Numbered from the stretch's first letter, positions 1 through 7,708 are shown. The stretch is DNA of 35,043 nucleotides from Candidatus Woesearchaeota archaeon (GCA_964630965.1 CAZVXB010000001.1:1-35043), one strand, 5' to 3'. Notes: generated by a model from the sequence alone, not told the origin. Numbers and translations are program-made.

Positions 1-55
1 GCACTAAGCCACTGCCACCTCAAGGCAGCCCGTTTGACCGCTCCGGCATCCCCGC
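1..55 (-). tRNA. tRNA-Leu(GAG), 3' part cut off by the window edge
   Basis: The reverse complement reads GCGGGGA-UG-CCGGAGCGGUCAAACGGG-CUGCC-UUGAGGU-GGCAG-UGGCUUAGUGC. This gives an acceptor 5' strand, a D arm identical to that of the tRNA-Leu at 11463, a 5-bp anticodon stem, a loop with anticodon GAG, and the start of a long class II variable arm. Confidence 0.8.
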
Positions 56-63
56 TTGTTTCT

Positions 64-762
64 TTACGAGAGTGATTTCTCGAATGCCTCAACGTTTTCG
101 CCGAGTGCGCGGATGGCCTTGAGTAGTATGTCTTTCGCCGTCATTTGACCAAATGACTCCACTAAGAGGATGATTTCATCTGCATCGTGCAGAGCGTCGG
201 GATCAGCTTTAACTATTTCATCAGCAACGGATTCGTTAATATCGCACAACCAACCGTCTTTTGTTTTCTCAGGTTTAATAACGCCACGAGAGGATTCAAC
301 AAGAGTTTGAACGCGAGCATTCTTAGAGTTAACAAGAGTTAAATGACGATAGAAACACAAACCGGGTGTATATTTCTCATGAACGCTTCCACGTCCGACG
401 CGAGCTGTTCCTACAAATTCAAGCTCTTGATCTTTTTCAAGAAGTACTAAAGGGGTTTGTGGATAAACGGGCGTAGCTCCTCCTTTGAGGTCACTTGCAA
501 ATACAGTACATGGTCCTGTCTTAGATAACTTCAATTCAACTTCAGTCTTTTCATTAATAGAACCTTCATTCTTTAAAGGAACAAGACCAATACGGTGTGC
601 AAGCATCTCGTCGTAAAGGGCAGAGTCGTTTTTGTAAATCTCCACTTCGTCAATTCCCAAGATAGGAATTTCAGTTATACTTCGTCTAATCGCATTTGCC
701 AGTGTTTCATTTGCAGGCATACGAAGAGCAAGTTTTTCAGGAGTATTGGTAACGATTTCCAT
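64..762 (-). CDS. rpoD: DNA-directed RNA polymerase subunit D (Rpo3)
   Basis: 232-aa ORF with an ATG start. The N-terminus LALRMPANETLANAIRRSITEIPILGIDEVEIYKNDSALYDEMLAHRIGLVPLK is typical of archaeal RpoD/Rpb3. It lies directly after S13-S4-S11, as in the conserved archaeal operon. Cysteines are scattered only, so there is no 4-Cys Fe-S module. Confidence 0.9.
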   Translation of the reverse strand: MEIVTNTPEKLALRMPANETLANAIRRSITEIPILGIDEVEIYKNDSALYDEMLAHRIGLVPLKNEGSINEKTEVELKLSKTGPCTVFASDLKGGATPVYPQTPLVLLEKDQELEFVGTARVGRGSVHEKYTPGLCFYRHLTLVNSKNARVQTLVESSRGVIKPEKTKDGWLCDINESVADEIVKADPDALHDADEIILLVESFGQMTAKDILLKAIRALGENVEAFEKSLS

Positions 763-786
763 GTCGACTGGATGAAAAAGAGTCTT

Positions 787-1227
787 TTAAACTCTTCTGC
801 CTCGCTTCCCTCCTTTCTTCTTAGGACCACCACGAGGAACTCGTGTCGTGTCTACAATGCTAATTATCTTGAAACCTTCTTTGGTAAGCGTCTTAACGGC
901 CGCATGAGCTCCAGGACCCATACCTGCAGAGTTAGTCTGGGCGCGAGTTCTAATATAAAGGCTCGTGATTCCAACATCTCGTGCTCGTTCAGCAACTTTC
1001 TTAGCGGCAAACATAGCAGTAGTCGGATTAGCTTTAAGACGACTGTGTTTAGTGACCATTCCTCCGCTCACGCGAGAGATAGTGTTTCCCGCAAGATCGG
1101 TAATATGAATAAGCGTGTTGTTGAATGTGCTATAAATATAAACGATTCCCATGCGTTCATCACGTTCAGGTATAACGGGGGCTTCTTCTTTCACTTCAAC
1201 CTTCTTCTCAACATTCTCTTCACTCAT
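787..1227 (-). CDS. rps11: 30S ribosomal protein S11 (uS11)
   Basis: GIVYIYSTFNNTLIHITD...GPGAHAAVKTL is an S11 signature. The ORF-track start at 1257 is GTG. I prefer the ATG at 1227 (MSEENVEKK..., 146 aa), which overlaps the S4 stop by 8 nt. Confidence 0.93.
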   Translation of the reverse strand: MSEENVEKKVEVKEEAPVIPERDERMGIVYIYSTFNNTLIHITDLAGNTISRVSGGMVTKHSRLKANPTTAMFAAKKVAERARDVGITSLYIRTRAQTNSAGMGPGAHAAVKTLTKEGFKIISIVDTTRVPRGGPKKKGGKRGRRV

Positions 1228-1720
1228 CTGATGAAACCTCCTCAACATTCTCTTCACGAGCTTTAGCCATTACAACAGGGTGTTTAACCACAATCTGACT
1301 CTCTTCACTTACAGGAACAAGATAACCAGGTGTGCTTACAATTCCGCCATCTATCTTAACACGCTTATGTGCGACCATCTGACGGGCCTCAAGAGCAGTA
1401 CGCGCAAGACCTCTCTGAACAAGTACGCTCGTTAATCGACGCTGGAGTAAATCTTCCTTCGTAAGAGCTAAAACGTCCGAGATAGTCGATGCATTGAGTC
1501 CAATCGCAATCAACTTTCTGAAAAATCTATTTTGTTCATCAGTTGAAGCAGTAATAAGGCTCTTTGCTCGAGTTCTGAAGTAACGTACCTTCGCTTCCGT
1601 TTTCCAAATCTCTCGCTTATTTTTGAGAGCATATTTTTCAACAAGTTTGTTCTCTTCTCCAATACGAACGCTATCGTACAACTTTCGAGGTCGAGAATAA
1701 TTTTTATGCTTTCGTATCAT
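1220..1720 (-). CDS. rps4: 30S ribosomal protein S4 (uS4)
   Basis: MIRKHKNYSRPRKLYD...EIWKTEAKVRYFRTRAKSL plus a C-terminal S4 RNA-binding domain (RRLTSVLVQRGLARTALEARQMVAHKRVKIDG). ATG start. Confidence 0.95.
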   Translation of the reverse strand: MIRKHKNYSRPRKLYDSVRIGEENKLVEKYALKNKREIWKTEAKVRYFRTRAKSLITASTDEQNRFFRKLIAIGLNASTISDVLALTKEDLLQRRLTSVLVQRGLARTALEARQMVAHKRVKIDGGIVSTPGYLVPVSEESQIVVKHPVVMAKAREENVEEVSSDE

Positions 1721-2222
1721 CTTTTCTTCTTACCCCCACAAGTCCGCCTCTCTTTCTAAAGTGGCTTCGCGTACGCTGACCGCGCACTGGAAGTCCTTGA
1801 GAATGACGTAGTCCTCGATAGCTCTTAATTTTCTTAAGGCGCTTAATATCAAATTCTTTTTGAATATCTAAGTTGTTGGTAAGAAGGTGCTTGTCTGCTC
1901 CCGTTTCAGGGTCATTTCTTCGGTTCTTCAAAAACGAAGGAAGCTCGATGGCATGAAGGTGTTTTTCGATTTGTGCAATACTTTCTTTTGACATATCTTT
2001 AACGCGCATTCTCTTGTCAAGACCAAGTTGGATGCAAAGCGCATTAGCTACTGCCCATGAGATTCCTTTAATTCGAGTAAGGCCTACATAAATGCTCTTG
2101 CTACCTGGCATGTCCTGCCCATAAATACGTACAAGTACTTCACCAAGATCTTCCTGTTGTGGAGGACGTTTCTTGGTTTCTGTCTTCTCTGCTTTCTCTG
2201 TCTTCTGTGTTTTTGTTTCCAT
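1704..2222 (-). CDS. rps13: 30S ribosomal protein S13 (uS13)
   Basis: VRIYGQDMPGSKSIYVGLTRIKGISWAVANALC...YRGLRHSQGLPVRGQRTRS. The track start at 2234 is TTG. The ATG at 2222 (METKTQ...) leaves a 1-nt gap to the upstream stop at 2224. Confidence 0.93.
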   Translation of the reverse strand: METKTQKTEKAEKTETKKRPPQQEDLGEVLVRIYGQDMPGSKSIYVGLTRIKGISWAVANALCIQLGLDKRMRVKDMSKESIAQIEKHLHAIELPSFLKNRRNDPETGADKHLLTNNLDIQKEFDIKRLKKIKSYRGLRHSQGLPVRGQRTRSHFRKRGGLVGVRRKDDTKA

Positions 2223-2223
2223 G

Positions 2224-2763
2224 TTACCAAACAAATAACGCTTGACGTTGCATTTCCGTTATCTCTTCGTACAATCGTTTTTCGATTGCCTTTCGAGCAT
2301 CAGGGACGCTTGCCACGCGTTGTTTTATATCCTCAAAAGAAGTGAAGGGTTTTTCTTCACGCGCCTTAAGGATCTCGTGTGTATGTTTCTTTCCAAATCC
2401 GGGTAAGAGTTCGAGACGATGGAGGCGCGTGTTAATCGCTTGCGCGGTATTGAAGAATTCTACGAATTCTTTTTCACGCTCCCCGACAACGGTGGCTATA
2501 AACTCTTGGAGTCGGATCTTTGCTTGCTCAGTAAGCTTCTCTTTGGGAAGCCTACCCATGATGAAATGTACTTTATCTCGCTTATCTGGGCCTATATAAA
2601 TCCTTTCATGTGCCACAAAGGTTGTACCACGAACAGGGGCCAGTTGTAAAAGAGTAAGATGTTTTTCACCAATAGCCTGGACTACCGGCTGCATCTTTCC
2701 TTCAAGCGGATACCCATAGGGAAGGTAATCTAGTACAATTGCATAATCGTCTTTCTTGGCCAT
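2224..2763 (-). CDS. DUF655-family protein (OB-fold plus helix-hairpin-helix, putative nucleic-acid binding)
   Basis: MAKKDDYAIVLDYLPYGYP...LLQLAPVRG...LHRLELLPGFGKKHTHEILKARE resembles the archaeal DUF655 protein that normally follows L21e-RpoF. Confidence 0.7.
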   Translation of the reverse strand: MAKKDDYAIVLDYLPYGYPLEGKMQPVVQAIGEKHLTLLQLAPVRGTTFVAHERIYIGPDKRDKVHFIMGRLPKEKLTEQAKIRLQEFIATVVGEREKEFVEFFNTAQAINTRLHRLELLPGFGKKHTHEILKAREEKPFTSFEDIKQRVASVPDARKAIEKRLYEEITEMQRQALFVW

Positions 2764-2765
2764 TT

Positions 2766-3065
2766 CTAATAATTTTTAACGACATCGAGTATCGCATTGA
2801 CCTCCGATTCATCAAGGGAAACATCACTAAATATTTTGTGCACTTCTTCTGCATCTCGAGGGAGAAAGTCCACTACTTTGACTATATGTTCTTCTTTTAT
2901 TTTAATGCTATTAAGTGCCTTCATGGCTTCGCTAAGCTCCAAGGCCTTATCTAGAGAAAGTTTACAGTATTCTTTAAGATACTCGTGAATAGGTTGTTTT
3001 TCCTCTGCGTTTTCAACTCGGGCCCGTACTTCCGCAAGTGTCAATGGCTTCATTGAGAGTATCAT
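2766..3065 (-). CDS. rpoF: RNA polymerase subunit F (Rpo4, Rpb4-like)
   Basis: 99 aa. It shows the LTLAEVRARVE...EHIVKVVDFLPRDAEEVHKIF pattern of archaeal RpoF and sits in the conserved position between L21e and DUF655. Its start has an ATGA overlap with the L21e stop. Confidence 0.75.
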   Translation of the reverse strand: MILSMKPLTLAEVRARVENAEEKQPIHEYLKEYCKLSLDKALELSEAMKALNSIKIKEEHIVKVVDFLPRDAEEVHKIFSDVSLDESEVNAILDVVKNY

Positions 3066-3319
3066 GAATTGATCACCTTTTTCAAATTAATAGGATGTAC
3101 AATAATCTTCTTAGGCATGTTAAGGTCGTTTACTTGGACAATATAAGAGAATCCTCTTTTTCCAACAATAACTCCCGTTCTTCCTTGCATACGGAAAGGA
3201 AAATATGCGACGGTGCCTCTCTCTTTAACGAGTGCTACACGGTCTCCATTATCAAATGTCTGAAAGTATCGACTAAGAGCTATTTTTCCTCTATTACGCA
3301 AAGCACGTTGAGATGACAT
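3062..3319 (-). CDS. rpl21e: 50S ribosomal protein L21e
   Basis: RALRNRGKIALSRYFQTFDNGDRVALV...FPFRMQGRTGVIVGKRG.SYIVQV is a typical L21e sequence. Confidence 0.9.
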   Translation of the reverse strand: MSSQRALRNRGKIALSRYFQTFDNGDRVALVKERGTVAYFPFRMQGRTGVIVGKRGFSYIVQVNDLNMPKKIIVHPINLKKVINS

Positions 3320-3339
3320 GATAGTACCTAGAAAAGCAG

Positions 3340-3348
3340 TTTAAAAAA
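3340..3348 (-). promoter_or_regulatory. TATA-like box for rpl21e
   Basis: The minus strand reads TTTTTTAAA. Its centre is 25 nt upstream of the ATG at 3319. Confidence 0.5.
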
Positions 3349-3352
3349 CTTT

Positions 3353-3526
3353 CTAAGAAGAAACAGAGCCCTGATAGAGGTTCCCCTTCGATTTAGCCCC
3401 ATTCATATTGGCTCTAATAGTCTGAAACATTTTATCTCCCCAAATGCCGTGCCCACATCGGTCGCATACCTCAAATGCCTCTTCTTCAGCAATTTCTGCC
3501 TTACAAAATCCACATCTTTTCACCAT
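3353..3526 (-). CDS. small zinc-ribbon protein (57 aa), function unknown
   Basis: Hand translation gives MVKRCGFCKAEIAEEEAFEVCDRCGHGIWGDKMFQTIRANMNGAKSKGNLYQGSVSS-stop. It has an ATG start and an in-frame stop 5 codons upstream. The motif is CxxC-x11-CxxC. It is shorter than every ORF listed in the track (shortest is 60 aa). It fills an otherwise unexplained 257-nt gap. Confidence 0.45.
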   Translation of the reverse strand: MVKRCGFCKAEIAEEEAFEVCDRCGHGIWGDKMFQTIRANMNGAKSKGNLYQGSVSS

Positions 3527-3576
3527 CTTTATATGTCCGTTCTATTATCAGTTCCCTATTTAAAGTTTTATGTAAT

Positions 3577-4788
3577 TTACTCGTATCGAAGAGCATCTAC
3601 AGTCTTAAGGCCACTTGCTTGCCACGAAGGTATCAAACCTGAAAGGGCTCCAATGCAGAAACTAAATAACAAGCAACCAACCACAAGCCAGAGAGGGAGT
3701 GCTGCTTGAAGCAAGGTTACTCCGAAAAGAGTTATTACAATAAATTCAATCCCCTTGCTAATTCCTATTCCTAATATCACGCCCACAATCCCTCCCACAA
3801 GACCCAACAACCCTGATTCAATCAAAAATATAGTCAATATATCTCGATTGCGTGCACCAATCGCTTTCATAATACCAATCTCTCGTGTACGCTCAAGTAC
3901 TGAAGTGTACATAGTATTCGTGATACCAATCCCTCCCACAAGAAGAGAAATCGCCGCAATGCCAAGCAAGAAACCGGTTATGATGGACAACACGCTTCCA
4001 AAAGTAGCAGTTAATTCTTCAGGAGTGAGAATAGTAAAGTCTTGCGTTTTTTCGTCGACATTACGGAACGTGCGAAGCTTGCGTTCAACTCGAGAGGCAA
4101 CCTCTTCAACACTAGAGCTATGGTCTGCCTGAACTACAATCATATCAACACGACTAGTGATATTTGTAAGGGCTCGAATATCTTCGATAGACATGAGGAT
4201 AGTACGGTCATCGCCAGGATTTCCAAGTGGTTGAAGGATAGTTCGTACACGAAACTCTTGCCCATTAATCTTTATTTTATCATTCGCATGTACGGGAACA
4301 TCAAAAAGGGCCCTATATTTGAACTGACTCCCCAACATAACTTCTCTTTGATCTCCTTCTTCCAAGAATCGCCCCTCATCTATCTTATAAGCTCCGTTCT
4401 CGAGGAAAAGATCTCCCGTATCAAGAGGGTAACCTGCCGACGTTAAAAACCGTTTTTGATTTTTGAATTCAACTTCAACTGAACTTGCAGTCCAGTAGCT
4501 CACATCTTGTACTCCCACTACTTTCTCAATGGCTTCAACATCATCAAGACTTAAACTAACTGCACCCCCTGTTCCAGGTCCTGCGAGTTGTCCTCTGGGT
4601 TGAATAAAAAATTTATCTCCGCCTAAAAGTCTAAACTGTTCTTGAACTGCTTCTTGCAAACCTATAGATAAACTCACAAGTGTAAAGATGGTCGCAATTG
4701 AAATGAAAATACCTAACATAGTCAACCAACTTCGAACACCCCGACGTGCAAGCGTTCTCATGGCCATTGTGAAATAATCGCTAATCAT
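3577..4788 (-). CDS. ABC transporter permease, FtsX/MacB family (paralogue 2)
   Basis: 403 aa. Topology is an N-terminal TM (RSWLTMLGIFISIATIF), a ~230-aa extracytoplasmic domain, then three C-terminal TMs with the FtsX core SVLERTREIGIMKAIGA. Its start has an ATGA overlap with the upstream permease stop. Confidence 0.85.
   Translation of the reverse strand: MISDYFTMAMRTLARRGVRSWLTMLGIFISIATIFTLVSLSIGLQEAVQEQFRLLGGDKFFIQPRGQLAGPGTGGAVSLSLDDVEAIEKVVGVQDVSYWTASSVEVEFKNQKRFLTSAGYPLDTGDLFLENGAYKIDEGRFLEEGDQREVMLGSQFKYRALFDVPVHANDKIKINGQEFRVRTILQPLGNPGDDRTILMSIEDIRALTNITSRVDMIVVQADHSSSVEEVASRVERKLRTFRNVDEKTQDFTILTPEELTATFGSVLSIITGFLLGIAAISLLVGGIGITNTMYTSVLERTREIGIMKAIGARNRDILTIFLIESGLLGLVGGIVGVILGIGISKGIEFIVITLFGVTLLQAALPLWLVVGCLLFSFCIGALSGLIPSWQASGLKTVDALRYE
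3782..3963. repeat. 182-bp tract 181/182 identical to 4987..5168 (inside permease paralogue 2)
   Basis: Compared base by base. The single mismatch is at 3796 (c) versus 5001 (t). The flanks diverge immediately on both sides. Confidence 0.95.
4702..4740. repeat. 39-bp tract identical to 5916..5954 (N-terminal TM1 region of both permeases)
   Basis: aatgaaaatacctaacatagtcaaccaacttcgaacacc is present in both copies and encodes GVRSWLTMLGIFI. The offset is 1214 nt, versus 1205 nt for the 182-bp tract. Confidence 0.9.
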
Positions 4789-6002
4789 GAGCGCAGGGCC
4801 TTCACGGTATTAAGTCGTGATGCTTGTAATGCAGGTAACGCTCCTGAAATAAGTCCAATGGTACAGGAGAAGACAACTGCACCTATAACGAGAAGAGGGG
4901 AAAATCCGACAGTGAGTTCAATTCCTCCAAGTGCCTGCCCGGCAATAGTGGAGGCGGCAAACGCTAACCCTAATCCGACAGTAGCTCCCACAATCCCTCC
5001 TACAAGACCCAACAACCCTGATTCAATCAAAAATATAGTCAATATATCTCGATTGCGTGCACCAATCGCTTTCATAATACCAATCTCTCGTGTACGCTCA
5101 AGTACTGAAGTGTACATAGTATTCGTGATACCAATCCCTCCCACAAGAAGAGAAATCGCCGCAATGCCCGTTACAATTGCATTAATAACAATAAGAACGG
5201 TGTTAACACCCTGAAGTGCTTGAATGGGAGTCTCAACCGAGAAGTCTTCTTCACCAAGGTCCTGTTTACGATCTTTGCGCAAAGCTCGTTCAATCGATTC
5301 TGCCGTTTCAGTTACTCTATCCTTATCAGAGACCTTAACTGCAATGAGGTCTATTTCATCATCAAGATCTAGAATGTCTCGCATATCTTCTTCACTCATG
5401 AAGATAGCACTATTAATTTGAAAAGAACCGGCCTTATCTAAAAACCCAATAACTTCGAAAGGTCTATCTTGAATAGTTAACGTTGTTCCAACGCGAATTG
5501 GTTTATCAAAATCATCACTATCTGCAAAGTCATCTCCTAAAAGAATTTTACCGCGGTCAGAGTCTTCTATAAATCTTCCTTCTGCAACTCCAATGGTAAA
5601 TGTCTCATATACGGCATCAATGTCTTCTTGCTTTTTAGGGAGGCTTACCAAATACTCATAGTCTGCAACATCGTTATATTCAACTTCTCCAACTCGAATA
5701 AGGCGAGGAATAGCACTTTCAACATTAGGTACGGAAGCAACAAGTTCAAGATCATGTTCTCCCAGAGAACGTATGGCTGTGCTTCCCGGAGGCCCGAATC
5801 CAGTTCCTACGTTCGTTATAACGAGTCTATCGGGGCCGATAGAAGCAAACTGCCCCGTTACGGCTTCTTGGAGTCCCTGTGCCAAAGAAATAAGAGAGAC
5901 AACAGCAGCTATGCCAATGAAAATACCTAACATAGTCAACCAACTTCGAACACCTCGGTGTCTAACATTAGAAAATGCAAGCACCACTAAATCAGATAGC
6001 AT
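4785..6002 (-). CDS. ABC transporter permease, FtsX/MacB family (paralogue 1)
   Basis: Same architecture as paralogue 2. The track start at 6065 is TTG and would overlap the upstream gene. The ATG at 6002 (MLSDLVVLAFSNVRHRGVRSWLTML) lies 2 nt after the upstream stop at 6005 and aligns with the N-terminus of paralogue 2. Confidence 0.85.
   Translation of the reverse strand: MLSDLVVLAFSNVRHRGVRSWLTMLGIFIGIAAVVSLISLAQGLQEAVTGQFASIGPDRLVITNVGTGFGPPGSTAIRSLGEHDLELVASVPNVESAIPRLIRVGEVEYNDVADYEYLVSLPKKQEDIDAVYETFTIGVAEGRFIEDSDRGKILLGDDFADSDDFDKPIRVGTTLTIQDRPFEVIGFLDKAGSFQINSAIFMSEEDMRDILDLDDEIDLIAVKVSDKDRVTETAESIERALRKDRKQDLGEEDFSVETPIQALQGVNTVLIVINAIVTGIAAISLLVGGIGITNTMYTSVLERTREIGIMKAIGARNRDILTIFLIESGLLGLVGGIVGATVGLGLAFAASTIAGQALGGIELTVGFSPLLVIGAVVFSCTIGLISGALPALQASRLNTVKALRS
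4987..5168. repeat. 182-bp tract 181/182 identical to 3782..3963 (inside permease paralogue 1)
   Basis: See the partner copy. It encodes AAISLLVGGIGITNTMYTSVLERTREIGIMKAIGARNRDILTIFLIESGLLGLVGGIVG in both proteins. Confidence 0.95.
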
Positions 6003-6004
6003 CG

Positions 6005-6853
6005 CTAGGAGGCGGCACTCAGACGGGACTTGCGTCGCTTGCGTATCATGCGCCAGACAATCCAAATAACTATGATGAGAACTACTGCTCCAACATAAAA
6101 GGGAATATAACTTTGCGTAATAATTCCTCGCTCAATTGCTTCTTCACGGGTATACGCTCGAACAGGCAATCGAATTTCTTCTGTCTGTCGTTGGTTGTCA
6201 AGGTCTCGATAACTCACCGTTGCAACAAGCGTTGATCGCTCACGAGTGTAAAGAACATCAAACGTAGCAGTCTCAAAATCATCAGAATCAACAGTTCCAA
6301 TATACACTTCTTCATCAGATAACAATGTCATTCCTTCACTCGCAACGCTAACGGAGACAAACCGAGCATCAGCAAGACCATCATTGATAATTTTCAATGT
6401 CAACGTATCTTTTCCCCCTACAACAGCACTCACAGGTTCAACAGTTGCCCGTAGCTCTGGCGAACCACCAACATGAACTCCAATAGCTCCCTTGCGCACG
6501 GTTCGTTCACCATTGAGAATGTAGCTTATTTCATAGGGGAGCTGATAATCTCCAGGTTTAACATCGTACGAAGGTTTGATTATGAATGAGAAATCTTCAT
6601 CTCGTCCGTCACGTAGTTCATCTGTGCTTTCTTCAGAACCGCCAACCGCGATGAATGAGGTACCCGAAAGGACAAAACCAAATGAGAGATCTTCCACATC
6701 TTCGTCAAGAGTGTTTTTTATGGTGACCACTACCGAGCTCTCTTTTCCAGGTGCAAGCGCAGGAGCATGTACACTTTGAATAACTACTGCTGAAACTAAG
6801 GGGCTGGCAACTAAGAGTAAAAATACCAATGCAATACTTACTAAATTCTTCAT
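6005..6853 (-). CDS. secreted, C-terminally membrane-anchored protein with two beta-sandwich (CARDB/COG1361-like) repeats
   Basis: Signal peptide MKNLVSIALVFLLLVASPLVSA. Two repeats of the type L.PG....v.v.i.N.....v..v.v have acidic linkers. The C-terminus has a TM (FYVGAVVLIIVIWIVW) and a basic tail RMIRKRRKSR. I chose the start at 6853 on promoter spacing; an ATG at 6868 is also possible. The family assignment is by pattern only. Confidence 0.5.
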   Translation of the reverse strand: MKNLVSIALVFLLLVASPLVSAVVIQSVHAPALAPGKESSVVVTIKNTLDEDVEDLSFGFVLSGTSFIAVGGSEESTDELRDGRDEDFSFIIKPSYDVKPGDYQLPYEISYILNGERTVRKGAIGVHVGGSPELRATVEPVSAVVGGKDTLTLKIINDGLADARFVSVSVASEGMTLLSDEEVYIGTVDSDDFETATFDVLYTRERSTLVATVSYRDLDNQRQTEEIRLPVRAYTREEAIERGIITQSYIPFYVGAVVLIIVIWIVWRMIRKRRKSRLSAAS

Positions 6854-6874
6854 AATCGTTCCGACCATTTTACC

Positions 6875-6882
6875 TTTAAAAA
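6875..6882 (-). promoter_or_regulatory. TATA-like box (internal promoter) for the repeat-protein/permease genes
   Basis: The plus strand reads tttaaaaa. Its centre is about 25 nt from the ATG at 6853. Confidence 0.4.
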
Positions 6883-6914
6883 CGTTTCTATTTGTAACTG
6901 TCTAGTTAATACAA

Positions 6915-7625
6915 TTAAACTTTTTTCCACACAGAACCGACCTTTTTAGTCACTTTCTCAATTCGTCCATCCTTGACCCAGTAAATAGTTCGAGCATGAG
7001 CCAGGGCTTTTTCAGGGTCGTGAGTAACCATGATAATCGTTGTCCCCTTTCGGTTAAGTTCTTCAAGAAAGCCCATGACTTCTTCTCCTGTTTGCGTGTC
7101 AAGATTGCCTGTGGGCTCGTCTGCAAGTATTACTTCCGGGTTATTGGCTAATGAACGTGCAATGGCCACACGTTGTTGTTGGCCTCCCGAAAGTTGATTG
7201 GGATAGTGATCCATTCGGTCTCCTAGTTTAACCAATGTCAGAAGCTCTTCCGCCCGTTTCTCTCGATGCTCTCTATCAATATCCTGGAAAAGGAGAGGGA
7301 GCATAATATTTTCTTTTGCCGTTAAATTAGGGATAAGATTGAAACTTTGAAAAATGAATCCTATTTTCTTCCCGCGTAACTGGGCGACTTCCGATTCCGA
7401 AAAGTGTGATATATCTCTTCCGCTTAATTTTATAGATCCCTTCGTAGGAACGTCCAGGCTTCCCACGAGATTCATGGCGGTTGACTTGCCTGACCCCGAA
7501 GGCCCCATAATTGCAATAAAATCTCCTCGTTCAATAGTAATTGAGACTCCGTCTAATGCCTTTACAAGAGACTCTCCCATTTGGTAGTATTTTGCAACAT
7601 GTTCCAATTCTATGATTCGTTCCAT
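6915..7625 (-). CDS. ABC transporter ATP-binding protein (MacB/LolD-like NBD)
   Basis: Walker [11 protein letters not shown]-loop, signature [15 protein letters not shown], Walker [12 protein letters not shown] and H-loop VTHD. Confidence 0.95.
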   Translation of the reverse strand: MERIIELEHVAKYYQMGESLVKALDGVSITIERGDFIAIMGPSGSGKSTAMNLVGSLDVPTKGSIKLSGRDISHFSESEVAQLRGKKIGFIFQSFNLIPNLTAKENIMLPLLFQDIDREHREKRAEELLTLVKLGDRMDHYPNQLSGGQQQRVAIARSLANNPEVILADEPTGNLDTQTGEEVMGFLEELNRKGTTIIMVTHDPEKALAHARTIYWVKDGRIEKVTKKVGSVWKKV

Positions 7626-7679
7626 CTATACGCGCCCCCATGATGATTTAAGAAGGTTTCGTTTGGTCCTAAGCAAATA

Positions 7680-7687
7680 TTTAAAAA
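7680..7687 (+). promoter_or_regulatory. TATA-like box for rpoN
   Basis: TTTAAAAA with its centre about 25-26 nt upstream of the ATG at 7709. Confidence 0.55.
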
Positions 7688-7708
7688 CCGCCCGTTCAGC
7701 ATATCCGT

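Noticed and set aside
595-1266. A 223-aa plus-strand ORF spanning the rpoD/S11 region.
   Set aside because: It is entirely antisense to two confidently identified genes. It has Ser/Arg-rich, low-complexity composition and no recognisable motif, which is typical of a shadow ORF.
3755-5214. Two plus-strand ORFs (125 and 118 aa) that share an identical ~58-aa peptide (PPTRPNNPDSIKNIVNISRLRAPIAF...), which at first looked like a duplicated small gene.
   Set aside because: Both are antisense shadows of the 182-bp near-identical tract inside the two permease genes. The identity is explained by that repeat, not by selection on these frames.
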